Below are positions 52,435-61,281 of a DNA stretch of 64,000 bases, piece after piece. The first letter of the stretch is position 1. Every line of letters starts with the position of its first letter. The translations under genes were made by a program, and so were the position numbers. The stretch is from Sedimentisphaerales bacterium. GTDB taxonomy: Bacteria > Planctomycetota > Phycisphaerae > Sedimentisphaerales > SM23-30. The stretch lies in assembly GCA_963666285.1 (NCBI GenBank), contig OY762711.1; one strand, written 5' to 3'. Under the pieces are notes generated by a model, which saw only the letters and a program-made list of their open reading frames with translations, had not been told where the DNA came from and searched no databases.

Positions 52435-53438
52435 CTAAAGATATTTCTGTAGTTGACTGGGAAACTGCTCATAATTAAACAGACTGTCATATTCCACAAG
52501 CCCCGAAAGTGCCCGCGAAAATATTCGATGTTCCTGCTCTTCCAGTATTGCGATTGGGTTCAATCCGCCCACTATCAATGCACCCGATCTGCCCGGCGAT
52601 ACCGGGATATCCAGTACCGACTGGCTTGCCAGGCCTATTTCCATTATTCCGCCCAGGCCCACTTCGACCAGCCGTTCGTTGATATTGATTATACGTTGCC
52701 TGCTCTCGCCCGGTACCTCACGAAAACTCGCCCCTATCAAACCGTTACCGTCATGTATCGCGCCGTGATAATCCGTCATACCGCTTCGGATAAATACCTC
52801 CAGCGGATCTATACTGGTCCCGTCATAATGGATTACCTCCATAAATCGAATTGGCTTGCCATTCTGTAGTTTCAATAATCCGCCGAACCGGGATGCCATC
52901 GGAATCCCGTGTTTCAGCAAAATACCATTAATCGTTATCGAACATACCGTACAAAATCCTACTTTATCTGGTGGTATCGTTATCTCGCCCACTTTCTCGC
53001 CCGGCCCAAACAGTGTCATAAGCCTGCCCATGCCGTAACCCTTTTCAAATACCTTGCATATCTTATGCACGCAGCTCTCCAGCTGATAAGGGTTCACCAG
53101 CGACGTATTCACCACAACGGTACCGCTTCTCATCGGCAGGTCAAGTTCATCCGGTATATCATCTGGTCTATTTTCGCCGAAAGATAACCAGGCTTCTGCA
53201 CTACTTTCGCAGCCTGCAGCTCTGCCAGGCCGTCCTGCGTTATCATTCGGCCTTTCTTTCCGTTCGGCGTCGTCAGGCCTTCTTCATCCAGCTCCTTCAG
53301 ATACAGCCGGACTGTTCGCTCGCTTATATCCGCGCCGCCTATCGCCAGCAGTCTGGTAATCTTTCCCGAACTTACATAATCATTCTGTTCCTTGATAACG
53401 TTTAGAATTGCCAGTTTTTTTTCGCATTTTTTTTGCAT
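52435..53438 (-). pseudogene. nrpR: NrpR-family nitrogen regulator (wHTH plus NRD/DUF128) split by a 1-bp frameshift
   Basis: 5' ORF carries ISERTVRLYLKELDEEGLT; 3' ORF carries TVCSITING, IDPLEVF, ASFRE and GGLNPIA. The frames join if AAC TT GAC is read as AAC TTT GAC (N-F-D). Confidence 0.75.
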
Positions 53439-53457
53439 TTTTTCTCACTTTTTCAAT

Positions 53458-53648
53458 TGGCAAATTAGCCGATCATACCTGCTTGACCATGTTTCTTGCC
53501 GCATGTTTGCCAAAAAGGTCGGCAAAATAGGTGCTGAATTTGCCGATATTAAATTTTTTACGGCAATTTTGCCGTATTTGCTCAGGGTAAAATCGTTTGA
53601 CAGTGCTAATATTATATGTTTTATTCATATTTCAGGCAATAGTTTGCC
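53458..53648. promoter_or_regulatory. Cluster of GGCA/TGCC inverted repeats, candidate NrpR operators
   Basis: TTTGCC-N9-GGCAAA at 53506-53526, TACGGCAATTTTGCCGTA at 53559-53576 and GGCA-N6-TGCC at 53635-53648. Confidence 0.55.
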
Positions 53649-53867
53649 GTAAAAATTCTCTCATGCTCTATTGTCATTTGAAACATTGTTATTTCATATT
53701 TACGGGTATTTTGGTATTTGTTGCCCTTATGGTTAAAGTTTTGTGATACGCTGCCTTTAAGTTATGGTCGCGTTATAAATTCCCCTTATACCTGATACCC
53801 AATACTTTTTACCTCTCAAATTGGCCTTAGGTCGCTTTGAGTATATTTAATGAAGGAGTTGGCTATT

Positions 53868-55508
53868 ATGATTGATTGGCGAAAGAAAAATGATGCTTTA
53901 GGAACGGTTAATCGTGGCGATGCCTGCGAGTCAGGGTTGTGTACCTTATGTCTTTCCGACTGCAAGGGCAAATGTGAAACCTGGACGTCATGTCTCGTAG
54001 GACGCAAGCTGCTGTATCCGCGTGAGTTCAGTAAATCTACCTCCGGCTCCGGCAATATCTCAGCTCTTGGCACCGGCTATCATGCGCTGCGTATCCAGGG
54101 CTATGCCTATGGTGCTCACGGTCTCTCGGCAAATATGACAAACGATCCCGACGATTGTGTGTTCCCAAATGTCAATATCGAGACAACGTTCGGCGGCGAA
54201 ATCCAGACCAAATGCCGCGTACCTATTATGACCGGTGCGCTTGGCTCTACCTTTATCGCTGCGAAATACTGGGATTCGTTCGCCGTTGGTGCTGCTCTTT
54301 GTGGCTTCCCTATCGTTGTCGGCGAAAATGTCGTTGGTGTTGACCGCGAATCTGTTATGGACAAGGGCAAAATATCGTCTGCTCCCGAACTTGACCGTCG
54401 TGTCGATACTTTCCTGCGCTATTACGATGGCTACGGCGCTATTATCGTCCAGATGAACGTCGAAGATACCCGCAATGGTGTTGCTGACTATCTTGCACAA
54501 AAATACGGCGACAAGATCATCCTCGAGCTTAAATGGGGACAGGGTGCCAAGGATATCGGCGGCGAGATACAGGTTAATACTCTCGAATATGCCAGATTCC
54601 TCAAAGACCGCGGTTATGTCGTCGATCCGAACCCTTATGACCCGGTTGTTGAAGCTGCATTCAAAGATGGCAGCTTGAAATCTTTCGCACGACATAGTCG
54701 TCTGGGCGGTACTAACCTCGATACCGCTGAGCAGGTTCGTGAAAACTTCATGGCTGCTGTCGCCGAGCTGCGTAAGAAAGGCTTCAAGAGAATCTCGCTA
54801 AAGACTGGTGCCTACGGCATGGAAGCGCTCGCCATGGCGATCAGATTCGCTGCTGATGCCGGGCTCGACCTGCTCACTATCGACGGTGCTGGCGGCGGTA
54901 CCGGCATGAGCCCGTGGAATATGATGGAACATTGGGGGGTGCCTTCTCTGGAACTACATGCCAAGACATACGAATATTGCAAAATTCTTGACGAGCAGGG
55001 CATCAAGGTTCCCGATATCTCGCTCGCCGGTGGATTTGCACGCGAAGACCATATCTTCAAGGCGATCGCGCTCGACGCTCCTTATACCAAACTCGTTTGT
55101 ATGGGACGTGCTCCGATGATTCCGGGTTATCTCGGTTCCAATATTCAGGGTGTATTCCAGCCTGACACCAAACATCAGCTTAACGGATGCTGGGACGAAC
55201 TGCCCGCTTCTGTCAAAGAGTACGGCAACACTCCTGAAGAAATCTTCGCATGCTGGGAACAGGTCAAGGACAAGGTCGGTGCCGATGAAATGAAGAATAT
55301 TCCGTTCGGTGCTATCGCTATGTACGGCTACGCCGATAAGCTCGCCTGCGGACTGCAGCAGTTTATGGCTGGTGCTCGTAAGTTCAAACTTTCTGAAATA
55401 TCTCGCTGCGACCTTATGGCCGCCAACAGGGAAACCGCTTCCGTCACCGGCATTCCATACATGTGCGATGCCCTCGACGAATCTGCCAAAGCTATACTTA
55501 AAGCTTAG
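53868..55508 (+). CDS. FMN-binding glutamate synthase family protein (stand-alone GltB FMN domain)
   Basis: N-terminal Cys cluster CESGLCTLC..C..C; ELKWGQGAKDIGGE, IDGAGGGTGMSP and LAGGF; ATG follows AAGGAG. Confidence 0.9.
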   Translation: MIDWRKKNDALGTVNRGDACESGLCTLCLSDCKGKCETWTSCLVGRKLLYPREFSKSTSGSGNISALGTGYHALRIQGYAYGAHGLSANMTNDPDDCVFPNVNIETTFGGEIQTKCRVPIMTGALGSTFIAAKYWDSFAVGAALCGFPIVVGENVVGVDRESVMDKGKISSAPELDRRVDTFLRYYDGYGAIIVQMNVEDTRNGVADYLAQKYGDKIILELKWGQGAKDIGGEIQVNTLEYARFLKDRGYVVDPNPYDPVVEAAFKDGSLKSFARHSRLGGTNLDTAEQVRENFMAAVAELRKKGFKRISLKTGAYGMEALAMAIRFAADAGLDLLTIDGAGGGTGMSPWNMMEHWGVPSLELHAKTYEYCKILDEQGIKVPDISLAGGFAREDHIFKAIALDAPYTKLVCMGRAPMIPGYLGSNIQGVFQPDTKHQLNGCWDELPASVKEYGNTPEEIFACWEQVKDKVGADEMKNIPFGAIAMYGYADKLACGLQQFMAGARKFKLSEISRCDLMAANRETASVTGIPYMCDALDESAKAILKA

Positions 55509-55659
55509 AGTAATATTTCCTGTTCCGATTAATGCCTTTGTGAGGGCGAGGCTGACAAAGAAGAAAACACAGTAATATTCATATATTACGTGTATTTCTG
55601 TTGAAGTCAGCCGAAACCGCAACAGGCAAAAAACGAACATGAAAATTAAATTGCTCTAA
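55505..55659. mobile_element. MITE family 2, copy 2; its left end coincides with the TAG stop of the upstream gene
   Basis: CTTAGAG...CTCTAAG termini; internal sequence matches 42443-42624. Confidence 0.8.
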
Positions 55660-55731
55660 GCCCTTGGTGCTTGCGCTGATATTACTTTTTTGCATAACGA
55701 TTTTTCAGAGTTCCTCTGAACTATTATGAGG

Positions 55732-55768
55732 AAAGGGGCCGGCTGATGTTTAGCCGAGCCCTTTTTTT
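55732..55768 (+). terminator. Rho-independent terminator
   Basis: AAAGGG..CGGCT...AGCCG..CCCTTT stem plus T-tract. Confidence 0.65.
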
Positions 55769-55905
55769 CAAGACAGATATTCTTTACGTTTTTATATTTT
55801 CATATTATAATTGATTTTATCAAAGTCACTGTTTTACGCTTTGTTTTGCTGTAACTCTTTTTAAGTGACTTCTGGAAATTGCTTTTGTTACGATAGTTTA
55901 AGATT

Positions 55906-56730
55906 TTGGTTGCTGACAAGGAACATAAGATCGTGTATATTGGACCATATGCTCTGTTTTATGTGACGCATGTCGGCAGGCAAAAGAAGAACTGGTCGAT
56001 CAAAATGAATTTTCAGAGGTGCTTTAATCATTATATGTGCGGATCGGAAATTGAAAAACTCAAAAAGCCTTTATCGTCAAAGCGTCGTAAGTGGCTGCTT
56101 ATATTGCTTTTGTTCATCGTTTTCGGTCTCTTATCTCTTATTGCATTAGATTTCTATGTTTCATCCTGTTCTAAAGGTATGATTTATCATTCCATTGATG
56201 ATCTTCCTCACAAAAATGCTGCGCTTGTGCTCGGATGCAGCAGGACAACCAATGGCCGGATAAATTTATATTATCAGTATCGTATTGACGCCGCTGCGGA
56301 GCTTTGGGAAAAAGGGAAAATTGATGCAATTGTCGTTTCTGGTGATAACAGTCGCAAAGATTATGATGAGCCGACCGGGATGAAGGCCGATCTGGTCCAA
56401 AAAGGTATTCCCGCTGAATTTATTACTATCGACTATGCAGGTTTCAGTACTCTCGATTCGGTTATCAGGGCCGAAAAGATCTTTGGGCTCAAAGACTATA
56501 CTATTGTTTCCCAGCCATTCCATTGTAGCAGGGCAGTTTACCTGGCCGGTCAGCATGGCCAGTCTGCTATTGGATATAGTGCCAGAGATATTTCCGGGGC
56601 CTCGGGAATAAAAATAAGACTGAGAGAAATACTGGCCAGAACCAAAGCCGTTTGCGATATCCTTACTTCACGATCACCTGAATTCTTAGGCCGGTCCGAA
56701 CAGGTCAATTATCGCGAGAGGATTAAATAG
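55906..56730 (+). CDS. sanA: SanA/ElyC/YdcF (DUF218) family protein; true start probably near 56035
   Basis: ALVLG, VSGDN...YDEP, DYAGFSTLDS, SQPFHCSRA and REILARTKA. Confidence 0.88.
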   Translation: MVADKEHKIVYIGPYALFYVTHVGRQKKNWSIKMNFQRCFNHYMCGSEIEKLKKPLSSKRRKWLLILLLFIVFGLLSLIALDFYVSSCSKGMIYHSIDDLPHKNAALVLGCSRTTNGRINLYYQYRIDAAAELWEKGKIDAIVVSGDNSRKDYDEPTGMKADLVQKGIPAEFITIDYAGFSTLDSVIRAEKIFGLKDYTIVSQPFHCSRAVYLAGQHGQSAIGYSARDISGASGIKIRLREILARTKAVCDILTSRSPEFLGRSEQVNYRERIK

Positions 56731-57008
56731 AAGTTTACCGAAATCTTTAGGGTATCTCTGGAAATTGCTTTCGCTAAAAATGAATTTTTAGGTGGCCTTT
56801 ATTCTTTACTTTGGCTGTCAGCCATTCAATAGCAGTATTCTTTTTTATATTTGTTTCAGTATTCCTTTTTGCTATAATATTTGAAATATCATTTAGTTGT
56901 TCAATCTGACACTAAATATCGCTTGTTTCAAAGGATTTTTCGCATTTGTTGCCTAATGCATGACTTATTATTGCGAAAATTAATTAAAATGGAGAAAATG
57001 GAGATATA

Positions 57009-57929
57009 ATGAGGAATACACTGATTATTCGGAATGTTGTGGGCATTTTTTTATCGTTAGTATATTTCTGTTCGGCCTCTACAGATATCAACTCTGATTG
57101 CAATATTGATATAGCAGATCTTCAAACAATGGCCGAACAATGGCTTTCTTCTCCGGTCGATACCCTGAACGATGGACTTACCGCATACTGGAACTTCGAC
57201 GAAGGGCAGGGCACAACCGCCTACGACCAGTCTGGCAGCGGCCACAATGCAACAATATATGGCGCTGTTTATACCGACGATGCTGTCTCCGGAAACGCCT
57301 TGAGTTTTGACGGCGTTAATGACTACGTCAACACCTTCCTCGATGTCAGCTGGTCAAATCAGCTTAGTTCTACAATTTCGCTCTGGATCAACCCGCAGTC
57401 CTCGACCCAGTATCAGGGAATTCTGGGCAAAGGCGAAGCTGGCGGCTACGGAGCTATGAATTGGGAATGGGCTATTACCCAATTTGAGGATAAATCATTT
57501 GGATTTACTTATCACAATATTTATGCTATTGGAGAGATTTCATGCGGTGTTCCAATTACCTCTCTTGACCAGTGGCACAATTTCATTGTAACTTACGATG
57601 CCTCTTCTCATATGGCAAAGTTCTATTTTAATGGGGAATATGTTATTTCTGATACTAACAATGACCCTTTAAAGGATCGATCTACTCCGATGCTGATCGG
57701 CCATGCCTATAGAACCCAGGGCAACAACTATTACTTTAACGGCTTGATTGATGAGGTGCGAGTTTATAACCGTTCGTTATCTGATGCCGAGGTTCGCTCT
57801 CTTTTCCTCCAGCCTTCCGGCACTGGCAAACAGATCGCCGACTTGAATGATGACTCAGAAGTCAACATCTTCGATCTCGGAATCCTCGCCAAACAATGGC
57901 TCTCAACTCCAACCGGCTGCGAAGAATAA
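57009..57929 (+). CDS. Secreted LamG-like jellyroll protein bracketed by dockerin-like half-repeats
   Basis: AYWNFDEGQG, ALSFDGVNDYV and FNGLIDEVRVYNRSLS; DINSDCNIDIADL..W and DLNDDSEVNIFDL..W. Confidence 0.88.
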   Translation: MRNTLIIRNVVGIFLSLVYFCSASTDINSDCNIDIADLQTMAEQWLSSPVDTLNDGLTAYWNFDEGQGTTAYDQSGSGHNATIYGAVYTDDAVSGNALSFDGVNDYVNTFLDVSWSNQLSSTISLWINPQSSTQYQGILGKGEAGGYGAMNWEWAITQFEDKSFGFTYHNIYAIGEISCGVPITSLDQWHNFIVTYDASSHMAKFYFNGEYVISDTNNDPLKDRSTPMLIGHAYRTQGNNYYFNGLIDEVRVYNRSLSDAEVRSLFLQPSGTGKQIADLNDDSEVNIFDLGILAKQWLSTPTGCEE

Positions 57930-58113
57930 TATTGTAGCTGTACCGCAAGTTTGAGATCGTATATATTTCACACAACTTCATTACCACACGCCCGTCAGGA
58001 AGCGGTATATTACCACCTCCCATACGGCTTGCATTTCCCATCTAAACTCAACCCCGCATTCGTCAACCATACATACTGACTGCATCAACTTGATCTTTAC
58101 AAATTGTTTCTTA

Positions 58114-58544
58114 TCACTCTTTCGCACCATATTCCAGCAATAATTCAACTATATCATTGTGTCCCATATATTTTGCACTGAATATTGCTGTTTTTCCATA
58201 TTTACTTGGCAAATTTGGGTCAGCTCCATTTATTAACATTGCTTTAACACCTTCAAACCAACCTTCATAGGCAGCAAGAACAAGTGGAGTATTCTCAAAT
58301 TGGCTATTAATGGTATAATCAACCTTACCTTTAAGTATTTCACTTGCGATATCAATCATATCATAATCCATTGCCATTAGCAAAGCTGTACCATGCACAC
58401 CATCGTCTATTGTGTCAGCAAAACCATACTTTACAAGTAATTTTACCACTTCGATATTTCCTGCTTTAACGGCAAGGTGCATACAGCTCATATTATCAAG
58501 CTCATCTGGTTCCTTGGCACCATTTTCCAATAGAAATTTTACTA
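58114..58544 (-). pseudogene. Ankyrin-repeat protein, 5'-truncated by IS30
   Basis: Reads VKFLLENGA mid-repeat directly from the IS end; further repeats LAVKAGNIEVVKLLV and TPLVLAA. Confidence 0.85.
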
Positions 58545-59642
58545 CCCCGATTTTTTTCTGAAGTGCAACAAATGTTTTATTTGTAAAACACTTCAGTCGG
58601 TGTCCGATATCCCAGACACTTTCTGGGACGATTATTGAGTTTATTGACTACTTTGTCAATTTCTTTCTGGCTGACAAGGTTAAAATCTGTCCCTTTAGGG
58701 AAGTATTGCCTTAACAGTCCGTTAGTATTTTCATTTGTACCTCTTTCGCAAGAACTATATGGGTGGGCAAAATACACCCTGGTCTTAAGTTCTTTCTCCA
58801 GAGTCTTAAACTCAGCAAATTCTTTACCATTATCAACTGTCATTGTCTTGATCATTTCTAATGGTATTTCACGAAGCTTACTTATAGAAGCTTTGTTGTA
58901 ATCAGCTGCTGACTTACTGTCAAGTTTGACAGCTACCAGATACCTGCTTTTTCTTTCAACATGGGTAGCAATATAGCTCTTATGGTTTCTGCCAACCATA
59001 GAATCTGACTCCCAATGCCCAAGGGTACTTCGTTTATCTACATAGTCTGGGCGATCATCAATCATGCGTTTATCCGGTATCTGACCACGTTTATCGCTAC
59101 TACCATACTTTTTACGCTTCTTCTTCAAGCCACGCCTTAACTTCATGTATAGCACACCGCCATCAGATCTGTCATTACGAACATAGCGATAAATTGTGCC
59201 GGCACAAATACTCATATTACTACCATCTGTCAATAGTCTGCCGCTGATCTGCTCAGGTGACCACTCCTGGTTAAGTTTAGCAAGAACATGATCTAGAAGT
59301 TGCTTATCCTGAAGTTTATATGGTTGTTTTGAGTTCTCACGCCTCTTCAAATAGTATTTCTGGGCGAGATGAGCCTTATATTCTCCTGTCGAAGAAACAT
59401 TACGGCAAAGCTCTCTGTAGATAGTTGACCGGGATCTACCAAGTTTTTCAGCAATTTCTTCCATTGTTTTAGAATTTTCTCGCATTTTTAGTATCACTTC
59501 TCGCTCGTCAATGCTAAGATGTTTGTAGCCCATTACACCTCCGTCCTTTGGCTAGAGTCTTTGTTCGATATAAACTCTATCGGACGTTAAGTGTAGTGGG
59601 TTTTGTTACTTACATTTGTTGCACTTCAGAAAAAAATCCGGG
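58545..59642 (-). mobile_element. IS30-family insertion sequence
   Basis: 31-bp terminal inverted repeats CCC(C/G)GATTTTTTTCTGAAGTGCAACAAATGT with one mismatch, enclosing a transposase. Confidence 0.93.
58577..59533 (-). CDS. IS30-family DDE transposase
   Basis: HTH LGRSRSTIYREL, WSPEQIS, GHWESD, DNGKEF, ERGTNENTNGLLRQY and LNNRPRKCLG. Confidence 0.96.
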   Translation of the reverse strand: MGYKHLSIDEREVILKMRENSKTMEEIAEKLGRSRSTIYRELCRNVSSTGEYKAHLAQKYYLKRRENSKQPYKLQDKQLLDHVLAKLNQEWSPEQISGRLLTDGSNMSICAGTIYRYVRNDRSDGGVLYMKLRRGLKKKRKKYGSSDKRGQIPDKRMIDDRPDYVDKRSTLGHWESDSMVGRNHKSYIATHVERKSRYLVAVKLDSKSAADYNKASISKLREIPLEMIKTMTVDNGKEFAEFKTLEKELKTRVYFAHPYSSCERGTNENTNGLLRQYFPKGTDFNLVSQKEIDKVVNKLNNRPRKCLGYRTPTEVFYK

Positions 59643-60224
59643 AAAGTGACTCCCAAATTCAATTGCATCACTATACTTGCTTTTTTCCCTGGAAAGCTCT
59701 GCTACATTTCCCCTGAGGTCATATATTCCAAGTCTGTTTACTTCTCCGCTTCCTACTTCACAGGTTTTCAATAATCTGGACTCGAATGGACCTCGAAAAT
59801 TATATTTGCCTCTCATTGTTATAGAATCTTCTAGGCTTGCGTCGGACAAATATTCTTTCCATTCAGCAAAACTTGGCAAACGATAAGAATATCCTTCTGG
59901 CAGTAAACCCATTACTTTTTCATATTCAGTAAGTTTTGTACAAAATATCTCAGCTTCTTTTTTTGTTACACTCTCAACAGGTAGCTTATTCTCTCCAAAG
60001 TGTGACGAAGGATTATAACCCATTATTTTTATAAATTGCTCTTGGGTAGTTTCATATTTACTTACCCAGTAGCCTTTTGACAACTTGATCATTTTCATGC
60101 TTAACTGATTGGTGAAGTCTTCCTGAGGGACAGGTATTACTGACTTATCATCCTTATGGTCAGTACTGCACCCAGATATAAAACTTAAACATGTCAAAAA
60201 TAATATTACTAATATTTGTTTCAT
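59643..60224 (-). pseudogene. FGE/SUMF1-domain lipoprotein, 3'-truncated by IS30
   Basis: Lipobox FISGC; KYETTQEQF, LPVESV, YRLPS.AEW and GIYDLRGNVAE. The frame runs into the IS inverted repeat before the usual GGS...GFR end. Confidence 0.82.
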
Positions 60225-60502
60225 TATGGTATTTTCCGAGTAAGAATATGTATTATTTCCATAAATTTTCATCCGCCAAATCAGATCCAGGCCGCATTAT
60301 ACCAAATCTCTCCCATCTATACAACCACTCCAATTCCTCTCAATTTCCAACAAATCTTGCATCGCATGGAACTGGGTGGGTAAATTCCGTAGCGACATTC
60401 AGGGAGCGAAGTAGTACCCACGCGGTTCTTCTATTAATTTATCACGAACGAAGCAAGTCCACCTTATAATTATTGGTACTTATCTGTGCCTTTGGATTTT
60501 TT

Positions 60503-61245
60503 TGTCAGGTACAGGTTCAAGATATAGGTACCCATGTCCTGAACGAACTCTTCCCCTTTCTTCTCGCTTCTTCCTTCTAACTTTTCACATCCTTGAGGTG
60601 TCGCAATTTTGATATAAACTCTACATATGCGTAAGCTTTAAACAAGACGTGAGCGACAGCGAATTATTCCTGATGTCAACGTACATCAGGACACCTCAAT
60701 TCTTCACTCTTAACTTTTCGTTCTTCACTTGTCGCACAGCGACATCTGGTCCGCCCACAGACTAATTTTTTTACTCACAACAGCCAAAGTATCAATCTGT
60801 CCGACTCACCCAACCCTCATTTAAGCGGGATAAACAAACATTTTTGCCTGTTTTTTATCATTTTTTATCATCAATTTCCTATCCCAAACTTCATACCAAT
60901 CCGTTACCCGCCTTTACCCCGTTTCGACCGTCCGTACCACCTCCGTAACCCGCCGCTTATGGTCCGTTCCCATCCATTCGCCGCCGCTGCTGGCCGTTGT
61001 CCGTTGCCCCCCGCGTGGCCGCCGCATACCTTCATTAGCCCGTCGCGTCATCGCCGTTATCCGCCGCTAGCCGCCGCTAGCCCGCTGCGCATGTTCGCAC
61101 CGTTTTTTACTCCCAAAACTAATATCCCCAAAACCATCGATACTTAAACATCTTACACTATTATTTTACGTGTACTTTTCACTATTGGATTATATTTAGC
61201 ATATGTCCTGATACTCAACCGTTACCCATGTCCTGAACTCACACA
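60503..61245. mobile_element. Possible non-autonomous element with IS481-like ends
   Basis: Right end reads TGTGTGAGTTCAGGACATGGGTAAC on minus. Left end holds palindrome GTTCAAGATATAGGTACCCATGTCCTGAAC. No transposase inside. Confidence 0.45.
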
Positions 61246-61281
61246 ACTTTTTTCCATCATTCTTACATCTTACTTTTCCCT

